Positions 1 to 7,522 of a stretch of 64,000 nucleotides of DNA are shown here, piece by piece (position 1 is the stretch's first letter; every line of letters starts with the position of its first letter). Under the pieces are notes generated by a model. The model saw only the letters and a list, made by a program, of their open reading frames with translations. It did no database searches and had not been told where the DNA came from. The stretch is from Marispirochaeta sp. (GTDB lineage Bacteria; Spirochaetota; Spirochaetia; JC444; Marispirochaetaceae): the NCBI GenBank assembly GCA_963676835.2, contig CAXXFF010000003.1, positions 224,001-288,000 on the forward strand, written 5' to 3'. Position numbers and translations under genes: made by a program.

Positions 1-1
1 C

Positions 2-49
2 CTGGACAGACACTTTACACAAATCAACGGGCTGCTGCGTTACTCTTAA
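2..49 (+). CDS. 3' end of a gene running in from the left edge; possibly a PIN/VapC-family toxin C-terminus
   Basis: Frame reads LDRHFTQINGLLRYS*, resembling the D-x-H-F-xx-I-x-G-L tail of PIN proteins; only 15 codons visible. Confidence 0.35.
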   Translation: MDRHFTQINGLLRYS

Positions 50-107
50 CCCTCATTTTTTCCGATAATTATTGTCAGATAAGTACTGTTTTTGTATTTT
101 TTAACAC

Positions 108-506
108 ATGAAAGAGAACAGACCTTCTTCCAAAAAAATGAGCCTGACAATTCTCGTTGTAGCAACGGTTGTCCTGGCTTACTCCCTTTTCGCCCAAAAC
201 AGCGGCGATATGTCCGCCGCAGAGCTCAAAGAGATGATTGACTCAGGAACACCGGAATACCTGCTGGTAGATGTGCGCACCCCGGGTGAATACGCCGGAG
301 GGTATATTCCCTCTGCTGTAAACATTCCCCTCCAGCAGATCGCTGATACACCGCCACAGGTTGCAAAGGACAGTCTGGTGATTCTCTACTGCCGTTCCGG
401 CAATCGTTCATCCCAGGCTGCGCGACTGCTGAAAGAGATGGGATACAGCAATATTGTTGATTTCGGCGGAATCAGCCGCTGGAGCTTCGACAAGGCGTAC
501 CCGTAA
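108..506 (+). CDS. Rhodanese-like domain protein with N-terminal signal/TM segment
   Basis: LLVDVRTPGEY, GYIPSAVNIP and YCRSGNRS active-site loop; hydrophobic N-terminus. Confidence 0.9.
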   Translation: MKENRPSSKKMSLTILVVATVVLAYSLFAQNSGDMSAAELKEMIDSGTPEYLLVDVRTPGEYAGGYIPSAVNIPLQQIADTPPQVAKDSLVILYCRSGNRSSQAARLLKEMGYSNIVDFGGISRWSFDKAYP

Positions 507-645
507 TTTGTTCAGTCATTACCCCCTCTACATGCAGGCTGTTTCCCGATTCAAGGAAGATGACAAACTCATCACCGCCGAGCCTGGGTACCGTATCTGT
601 AGAGTGAATTGACCGGCTAAGTACATACCCTGATTGTAGTACCCG
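507..645 (-). pseudogene. Remnant of a GGDEF diguanylate cyclase domain
   Basis: Intergenic minus frame reads RVLQSGYVLSRSIHSTDTVPRLGGDEFVIFLE (GGDEF at 565-579); no N-terminal DxDxFK/GD half and no proper start. Confidence 0.6.
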
Positions 646-670
646 AAAGCATGGTCTTTCAAATTTAAAG

Positions 671-2347
671 CTATCCCTTAAAACGCTTTTCCGCTGTTTC
701 CTCAATGGCGCTGAGTTTCTCTGAAAACTTTTTATCAAGACTGTATAGACCATCGACAGTACGTGCCTTGTGAAGAAGTGATTCAAAAATATCTCTGTAT
801 TTTTTGTGGGCAAGCTTTCTGAGTACCACAAGAAAACGACGCAACAACAGAGCTGCATCTTTTTTCTCACCTGGTATATCCACGGATTCGAGATAGTGAA
901 GAAGAACCTCGGACTCTTCCTGATTATCCGTAAAGCAGCAGTATGAGAGATCATCCCGCAGACGAAAAAGGGCGTGATCATCAAACTCTGACAAGTCGAG
1001 GTTTGTAACATCCTCTTTGACAGGAATTATCCCGCCAATCAGTGCAATATGCTGTTGTCCCGCAAGGATCACTCCTTCACCGCCATAACCTTTTTCTGCC
1101 AGCCTGCCGGGATGTAATCCATTTTTGAGCAGCATGACTATTCTGCGGGAAGCAAGGTATCTGATTACCGCCGACTGATCTGAAGCCCGGTGCTCTAATC
1201 CCCGGCGTACAACCAGCTGAAACTCGGTTGTCAGATTAGCCCGGGTAAGCCCCTGCCGGCCGCCGCGATACTGGGTATAGTTTTCTGCGAAGAGTTCAAC
1301 CCGTCCAAGCTTTGAGAGCATATCCATAAGTTGATCAAAAGGGACAACCCCGTCCGAATTATAGCTGAGCACTATGTAGCGGGCATCCACCGCTTGCAGC
1401 AGATTCGAAAGTGCTGCAGGTGCGCTATGCTTCCGACAGAATGGACTGCGGGTTTCCTGCCAGTCCTGCCTTATACCTGCCTTGTTTTTCAGCACACCGG
1501 TATCATCAAGTTCCCCGGAAACTTCGGGCCTGTCCCAGCGTGCAACACTGTTCAGCATATGATAATTACTGCCGTACTGATGGATATTATAGGGAGGATC
1601 AAGGTAGCAGAGATCCGCCGGTCGTCCTGCACACCAGGCAGCGGCATCCATGGAGCCTACTTCACCGGGGATGCCGTCTATCAGAACCGGGTATTCAAGT
1701 TCCATGGGTGCCATAATTCGCGTCAAAGCGTCCCCTCCATGGCCGCCGAAGCCTTTATGACAGGCCTTGAATACCCCGGAGGTGTTGGCGTGGGTGGCTG
1801 CTTCGTAGAGAAGCATGGCCAGAAGCAGGTTTTTTGCCTGACAGGATTTTGGATCTCCCGGGCAGACCGCTTCCGGAAACAGAGTTTCGATTTCCTCCCT
1901 TACCCTGTCGAGAAACAGGCCGTTTTCCCTGGTATAGAAAAGGCGTTCTCTGCGATAGTCCGCAGTCTGTGTATTTTCCGGAGCATAATAACGACTAAAA
2001 TAGGGATACTCGGGTTTTTCTGCCAGGCTGTTGAGCCTGGAGAGAGTTTTTTTTATTCCACCAAGGGATGAAAAAAGAGCTTCCCCTTCTGCCGGTGAAA
2101 GTTCAAGATGACAGCTGTTTATAATCCTGCTGTACTCCTCCCAGTCGTTGGCAAATACCCGGTACCCACGGTATTTACCCAGTCTGGAAACTGAACCGGA
2201 TCCGCAGAAAGGGTCCAGCATGGTAGTTATTTTATGCTCTGCTTCAAGATGGGAAAATACCCCGTTAAGGGATTTTAAAAGCCGCCTTTTATTACCGATG
2301 TAAGCAATCAGCTGTCGGGTAAGGTAGGCTGAAGAGAGTTCTGCCAT
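671..2347 (-). CDS. N6-adenine DNA methyltransferase (D12/FokI-M-like) with C-terminal extension; no cognate nuclease adjacent
   Basis: YIGNKRRL, DPFCGSGSVS (motif I), YLDPPY (motif IV), LSYNSDG. Confidence 0.85.
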   Translation of the reverse strand: MAELSSAYLTRQLIAYIGNKRRLLKSLNGVFSHLEAEHKITTMLDPFCGSGSVSRLGKYRGYRVFANDWEEYSRIINSCHLELSPAEGEALFSSLGGIKKTLSRLNSLAEKPEYPYFSRYYAPENTQTADYRRERLFYTRENGLFLDRVREEIETLFPEAVCPGDPKSCQAKNLLLAMLLYEAATHANTSGVFKACHKGFGGHGGDALTRIMAPMELEYPVLIDGIPGEVGSMDAAAWCAGRPADLCYLDPPYNIHQYGSNYHMLNSVARWDRPEVSGELDDTGVLKNKAGIRQDWQETRSPFCRKHSAPAALSNLLQAVDARYIVLSYNSDGVVPFDQLMDMLSKLGRVELFAENYTQYRGGRQGLTRANLTTEFQLVVRRGLEHRASDQSAVIRYLASRRIVMLLKNGLHPGRLAEKGYGGEGVILAGQQHIALIGGIIPVKEDVTNLDLSEFDDHALFRLRDDLSYCCFTDNQEESEVLLHYLESVDIPGEKKDAALLLRRFLVVLRKLAHKKYRDIFESLLHKARTVDGLYSLDKKFSEKLSAIEETAEKRFKG

Positions 2348-2721
2348 TAATAACCGGGATCAGGAAGATAGGCGGCCACATTGTTATCGGTTTCAAAAAC
2401 CTCAACCCGGTCGATATGAACCTGGGGAAAGCGGGGAGCCATCTCATCGTGTATGAATTTTGCGATCAGTTCCGCACTGGGGTTGCCATGACTGAACTGG
2501 GGATGCTCATTCAGGTTGGTGTGGTCAAGTCCACGGGTTATCTCCTTGAGGGCCTTCTTCAACAGCCCGAAGTCCACCAGCATACCACCTTCATCCAGGG
2601 TAGATCCCGAAACAAACAGTCTGATTTTATAGTTGTGTCCATGAAGATTTTCACACTTCCCGTGATAGTTTTTTATAAAATGGGCAGCGGCAAAATCGCC
2701 GTTTATTCTCAGCTGATACAT
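2347..2721 (-). CDS. queD: 6-carboxy-5,6,7,8-tetrahydropterin synthase
   Basis: FAAAH, CENLHGHNY, GMLVDF, LDHTNLN, NPSAELIA, VFET; start re-set to ATG 2721 after GGAGG; stop overlaps MTase ATG (TAATG). Confidence 0.9.
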   Translation of the reverse strand: MYQLRINGDFAAAHFIKNYHGKCENLHGHNYKIRLFVSGSTLDEGGMLVDFGLLKKALKEITRGLDHTNLNEHPQFSHGNPSAELIAKFIHDEMAPRFPQVHIDRVEVFETDNNVAAYLPDPGY

Positions 2722-2822
2722 AAAAAGAAATGCCTCCCGAACCTGGAGCAGACCGCTTGTGGCCCCGGTCACTCCCGGGTAGACTGGAATCATATTATGA
2801 GCGCAGAAGGAGTTCCGTCGCC

Positions 2823-4334
2823 GTGACCAGTCTCCCGGAAACAGAAAAAAGATTATCAGAGATTACCGCTGCCATCAACATACTAAGCCGCAGGGGCACC
2901 AATGATCCAGTAATAAAAGGCATGGCCTACGACTCCAGAGAGGTTAAACCGGGATTCCTCTTTTTCGCCCTGCCTGGAATACACACCGACGGCCACCGCT
3001 TTATTCCCATGGCCCTTGAGAAAGGAGCAGCCGCCGTTATTCATACCAGTAATCTCGACTCCTACGAAGAAGGAATCGTCTATCTTAAAGTGGAAAACTC
3101 CCGGACACTTATGTCTCCTGTAGCTGCAGCTTTTTATAACTATCCTTCCCGAAACATGGGCATCGCAGGCGTTACCGGAACCGACGGGAAAAGCTCAACC
3201 GTAGCCTATCTCCATCAGCTGATCAGCGCTTCCGGAGAAAAATGCGGATTTTTATCAACCGTTGAGTTCCACAACGGCAGGGAATTGAAAAAGAATGCCT
3301 TCCGCCAGTCCACCCCGGAAGCCCCGGAGGTACATCAGCTTCTCAATGAGATGTACCGCCTTGGGTGCGGGTATGCAGTTGTTGAATCTACTTCCCACGG
3401 ACTTTCTCCTAAAAATAACCGCCTTGGAGATGTTGATTATAACGTCGGCATTCTGACCAATATAAGTCATGAGCACCTTGAGTTCCATGGGACAATGGAG
3501 CAGTATGCCTCGGATAAATCCAGACTCATGGCCGGCGTGGAAACTGCGGTTTTACCGGCGGAAGAACCCTGGCTTGATACTTTTCTCAATGCCGCAGGGA
3601 GTGCCGAAATACTGCTCTATGGATGCAATTCTACGAAAGCAGACTATAATGCGGTAGATATCCGTGAAGACCAGGATGGCCTGCACTTTCGGATTAAGCA
3701 TCCCGAAGGCGAAGTCGACTGCTATGCCCCGCTTCAAGGGCTGTTTAATGTGGATAATGCCCTCGCCGCGCTGTTGGGAGCTTCCCGGTTATTGGGGGTA
3801 GCCCCGGAAAGCCTGGCCCCCCTGCTGGCAGAGCTCAAACCAGTAAGGGGCAGAATGCAGCCGGTTAACGCGGGCCAGGCTTTTAATGTTCTTATAGATT
3901 ATGCCCACAGTCCCGGCTCCTTTGAAAAACTGTTTCCCCTGATGAGATCCCGCTGTGCAGGAAAACTCATTGCAGTATTCGGTTCCGCCGGAGAAAGGGA
4001 CAGGGAAAAACGGCCCATCCAGGGGGCCATTGCTTGCCGATACTGCGATATTATTGTTCTTTCCGATGAAGATCCCCGGGGAGAAGACAGAAACACCATT
4101 ATCAGCGAAATAGCTGCCGGCTGTAGCGGTAAGACAAAAAACTCAGATCTGTTTCTTATTCCAGACAGAGAGGAAGGTATTTACAAAGCCTGCAGTATGG
4201 CAGAAGCAGGTGACCTTGTTATCTGCCTGGGGAAAGGCCATGAGGGATCCATAATCGGACCTGAAGGGTCTGTTCCCTACGACGAGGAAGAGTGTGTCCG
4301 AAAAGCTCTTTTCCGTCTGGGCTATGGGAAATGA
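2823..4334 (+). CDS. murE: UDP-MurNAc-tripeptide synthetase
   Basis: YDSREVKPG, GVTGTDGKSS, ESTSHGL, DYAHSP, DEDPRGE, GKGHE; GTG 2823 after AGGAG. Confidence 0.93.
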   Translation: MTSLPETEKRLSEITAAINILSRRGTNDPVIKGMAYDSREVKPGFLFFALPGIHTDGHRFIPMALEKGAAAVIHTSNLDSYEEGIVYLKVENSRTLMSPVAAAFYNYPSRNMGIAGVTGTDGKSSTVAYLHQLISASGEKCGFLSTVEFHNGRELKKNAFRQSTPEAPEVHQLLNEMYRLGCGYAVVESTSHGLSPKNNRLGDVDYNVGILTNISHEHLEFHGTMEQYASDKSRLMAGVETAVLPAEEPWLDTFLNAAGSAEILLYGCNSTKADYNAVDIREDQDGLHFRIKHPEGEVDCYAPLQGLFNVDNALAALLGASRLLGVAPESLAPLLAELKPVRGRMQPVNAGQAFNVLIDYAHSPGSFEKLFPLMRSRCAGKLIAVFGSAGERDREKRPIQGAIACRYCDIIVLSDEDPRGEDRNTIISEIAAGCSGKTKNSDLFLIPDREEGIYKACSMAEAGDLVICLGKGHEGSIIGPEGSVPYDEEECVRKALFRLGYGK

Positions 4335-4648
4335 CTTTTTCGCAGCGGGTAATCGCAATTCTAAAGGAAATACCCGAAGGAAAGGTGGTTACCTACGGAC
4401 AGATCGCCGCCATGGCAGGCAACCCGAGAGGAGCCAGGGGTGTGGTATGGATTCTCCGCTCATCATCACGGAAATACAATCTTCCCTGGCACCGGGTGGT
4501 AGCCGCCGGAGGAAGAATATCGCTGCCTGAAGGTGCCGGGTTTGAAGAGCAGGCGGCGCTGTTGGCGGCGGAAGGAATTATCGTTAACAACGGTAAAATT
4601 GATCTCAAAAACAGCCTGTGGCAGCCGGATCGAGTTTACCCGTCCTAG
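4331..4648 (+). CDS. Alkyltransferase-like protein (ATL/YbaZ, MGMT family)
   Basis: IPEGKVVTYGQIA, PWHRVV (Trp replaces catalytic Cys); ATGA overlap with murE stop. Confidence 0.9.
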   Translation: MTFSQRVIAILKEIPEGKVVTYGQIAAMAGNPRGARGVVWILRSSSRKYNLPWHRVVAAGGRISLPEGAGFEEQAALLAAEGIIVNNGKIDLKNSLWQPDRVYPS

Positions 4649-4681
4649 ATCTTTGTGGTAGGTTTAAATCCAAGAGGGATT

Positions 4682-5815
4682 ATGTCTGATTTAACAACAA
4701 GCTTACAGAAAACCAGCCTGGTTATTCTTTACGGTGGAAAGTCCGGCGAACATGAAGTTTCATTGCGATCCGCATTTTCGGTCTATAAACATCTGGATTC
4801 CTCCCGGTTCTCCCCGATTTTAATCGGGATAGACATTGACGGCCGCTGGTACCTGCAGGATAATCCCCCTCTTTCAACCGGGGATACTCTGATTATAAGC
4901 CGGAGCACAGATAAAATTGTTATGGCGGTTCCCGGTGACGGTCTTTACAATCAGGGGCATAAACTTGAGGTCGATGCTGTTTTCCCTGTCCTCCACGGCA
5001 GCTACGGAGAAGACGGTACGGTTCAGGGTCTGCTGGAACTCTGCAATCTGCCCTATGCCGGTGCCGGAGTTTTAGGCAGCTCCCTTTCTATGGATAAGGC
5101 TGCAACAAAAACGGCCTGGATAGAAGCAGGACTTCCGGTGGTTCCCTTCATACGGGTGGACAGCCAGGAAATAGACAGTAACGGGAAGCTGATTGTATCG
5201 AAAGAAGAAGAAATACGTAAATCCTTCTCCATGCCTCTTTTTATTAAACCCCTGCGTGCGGGGTCATCCGTAGGGGTTTCCCGGGTGGACAGCTGGGAAT
5301 CACTGCCCGCGGCCCTTACAGAAGCATGTAAATACGATACCGCTGCAATCGTGGAACCCGCGGTAAATGCTCGGGAAATCGAATGTTCGGTGGTAGGCAA
5401 TTTTGCACTTGAAACCTTCCCTCCTGGAGAGGTTCTCCCGACCCATGATTTTTATGACTACGAAGCCAAATACCTGGATCCCGACGGAGCGGTTCTGCAG
5501 GTACCTGCGGATCTGCCGGAAAAGGATCTTGAAAAAATTCGTGATATTGCAGCCAAGGCATACCGTGCCGCCGGTGCGGAAGGTATGTCCAGGGTTGACT
5601 TCTTTGTGGACAAAACAAGCGGAGAAATACAGCTGAACGAAATAAACACAATTCCCGGTTTTACCAGCATAAGCATGTTTCCAAGGATGTGTGAAGCCGG
5701 CGGCCTGGCTTACACAGACCTTATCAGTCGAATGATAGATCTGGGTATTGACCGTCATCAACGGCGGCAGAAATGTGTATATTCTCTTCTTACTAAAACT
5801 GGAGTTGCAGAGTAA
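4682..5815 (+). CDS. ddl: D-alanine--D-alanine ligase
   Basis: YGGKSGEHEVS, LHGSYGEDG, GSSVGVS, FYDYEAKY, NEINTIPG. Confidence 0.95.
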   Translation: MSDLTTSLQKTSLVILYGGKSGEHEVSLRSAFSVYKHLDSSRFSPILIGIDIDGRWYLQDNPPLSTGDTLIISRSTDKIVMAVPGDGLYNQGHKLEVDAVFPVLHGSYGEDGTVQGLLELCNLPYAGAGVLGSSLSMDKAATKTAWIEAGLPVVPFIRVDSQEIDSNGKLIVSKEEEIRKSFSMPLFIKPLRAGSSVGVSRVDSWESLPAALTEACKYDTAAIVEPAVNAREIECSVVGNFALETFPPGEVLPTHDFYDYEAKYLDPDGAVLQVPADLPEKDLEKIRDIAAKAYRAAGAEGMSRVDFFVDKTSGEIQLNEINTIPGFTSISMFPRMCEAGGLAYTDLISRMIDLGIDRHQRRQKCVYSLLTKTGVAE

Positions 5816-6953
5816 TTATTGTAACATCGCCGCCGCGAACCTGATGCACATTGGATTCAAAGCGGATACCAACCTTTTCGCAGGACTCCTGCAGATAGGA
5901 AATATAGTAGATACCAAGTTCCGTGCTGCCCGAGTCCAGCTGATCCGAACAGAAAGCGGACAGACTCTTTTCTCTCATATCCAGACCTTTTATGGAGTTG
6001 ATCTTCTCTTTCAGATCACGATATTCGGAATACCGGTTATAGAGGGTAACTTCCAGACGGTCTCCGGCCGTGCTGCCCCGGAGAGTTCTCAGACGCCAGT
6101 CCAGATGAATCTGTTCACCAGCAGCCTCCATCTCCCGGAAAAGCCCGGCCCTGAGACTTTCGCTGTAGAGAACTTTAGCAGCAAGCTCCTTTCCGTTCTT
6201 TTTTCCAAGTGCCCGGGCTTTGAGGTTTGTATTTTCTGCACCGGTTAAAAGTTCGAGAATAAGCAGAGCCAGATACTCAGCTGTTTTAGCCTTTTCAAGA
6301 TACTGTCCAAGATTAATACGGATATCATCCACCAGGAGGGAATATTCCGCACTTTCATGATACCTGGAGAGAATAAACCAGATAAGCGGCCGCATCCTCT
6401 GCAGAAAATACTCACAACTGAGAATCTGAACATTCTTCTCCTCAGGAAGCAGTGACCCGTTATTATTGATTGCTTCAATAAGCGGCATGCTAATTTCTTT
6501 ACGAACCTCCTCAATCAGTGAACGATTCTGTTCGAGTACAGTTGCAAGAAATGTCTCATTTATTCTGGTACGATCGTCAATAATATTGGCGGGGTTATGG
6601 CGGTTCCATTGCCGTATCAGATCTGACTGCAGCAGGCGGCTGAAAATAAGAGAATCAAAATTACGGTACAGGATACCGTAAGTAACCATCTTTGAAAAAT
6701 CGATAACCTGCTGACGCCGGTCAAGAAACTCGGTACGGGATATCTCAATACGGCTTATATAATTCTGAAGCAGCATCCGCTGCAAAGAGCTTACAGGAGC
6801 TGTCTCAAGCACCAGACCATATACATCCGACCCGTCGGCAAGCTGGAATCTGCTTAAGTTCTTGCGCTTTCTGAGAAAGAAATCAGAGCCGTCCTCTGTA
6901 AGCGTAATACGTAAAGGTAGATTTACACTGCCGCCCCGTTTTTTCCCGGACAC
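5793..6953 (-). CDS. Hypothetical protein, C-terminus resembles a degenerate GHKL/HATPase fold
   Basis: 386-aa ORF directly downstream of nitroreductase; LELLTGA, ELGIYYISYL, GGDVTIITLQL. Confidence 0.7.
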   Translation of the reverse strand: MSGKKRGGSVNLPLRITLTEDGSDFFLRKRKNLSRFQLADGSDVYGLVLETAPVSSLQRMLLQNYISRIEISRTEFLDRRQQVIDFSKMVTYGILYRNFDSLIFSRLLQSDLIRQWNRHNPANIIDDRTRINETFLATVLEQNRSLIEEVRKEISMPLIEAINNNGSLLPEEKNVQILSCEYFLQRMRPLIWFILSRYHESAEYSLLVDDIRINLGQYLEKAKTAEYLALLILELLTGAENTNLKARALGKKNGKELAAKVLYSESLRAGLFREMEAAGEQIHLDWRLRTLRGSTAGDRLEVTLYNRYSEYRDLKEKINSIKGLDMREKSLSAFCSDQLDSGSTELGIYYISYLQESCEKVGIRFESNVHQVRGGDVTIITLQLQF

Positions 6954-6958
6954 AATGG

Positions 6959-7468
6959 CTACCAGTGATCATAAGAGCTTATCTTTTTTAAATCCTGCCT
7001 GTCCCTCTGCATGGGAAGCTGGTCGGGATATCCAATGGAGAGTAAAACAACCACACGCATCTGATAGGGTACCGAAAGAATCTCTTTTACAATTACTTCG
7101 TCAAAAGTGGTAAGAACCGCGCTGCCCAGCCCCTCTTCCTGAGCCTGAAGCATCATAAAGGAGACCGCTGTGGCGATATCTATGGGATAGGCATGCTGGC
7201 CGTTGGGCATCCTGTAATCCACATTGGTTGAACAGGCCGCAATGACTACCGGTGCCGTGGTGATCTGACTGGCTCCATAGGCCGCATCTTCAAGCTTTGC
7301 GAGAACGTTTTTATCCCGGACTACAATAAAGCGCCATGGCTGACGGTTCTTTGCAGAGGGAGCCCTGCGTCCGGCTTCAAGAATAGTGTCGAGACGATCC
7401 TGAGAGACAGCTTCGCCATTAAAATTTTGAATGGTTACGCGGTTAGCAATGTGAGGAAGCAGGCTCAT
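6959..7468 (-). CDS. Nitroreductase family protein
   Basis: RRAPSAKNRQPWRFIVV, LQAQEEGLGS, LSIGYP. Confidence 0.92.
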   Translation of the reverse strand: MSLLPHIANRVTIQNFNGEAVSQDRLDTILEAGRRAPSAKNRQPWRFIVVRDKNVLAKLEDAAYGASQITTAPVVIAACSTNVDYRMPNGQHAYPIDIATAVSFMMLQAQEEGLGSAVLTTFDEVIVKEILSVPYQMRVVVLLSIGYPDQLPMQRDRQDLKKISSYDHW

Positions 7469-7522
7469 ACAGTAACCCCTCTATTGACCACTGAAATCAT
7501 TTTTCCGTATTCTACGTTACAG

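Noticed and set aside
1331..2071. Long antisense or alternative-frame ORFs (e.g. 1331-2071, 46586-47137, 54737-55237)
   Set aside because: They fully overlap well-supported genes and have no recognisable motifs; treated as shadow ORFs.
671..2721. Complete Dpd 7-deazaguanine DNA modification island
   Set aside because: No dpdA/tgt, dpdB/C, queC, queE or folE in the window; only the queD-MTase adjacency is kept as a finding.
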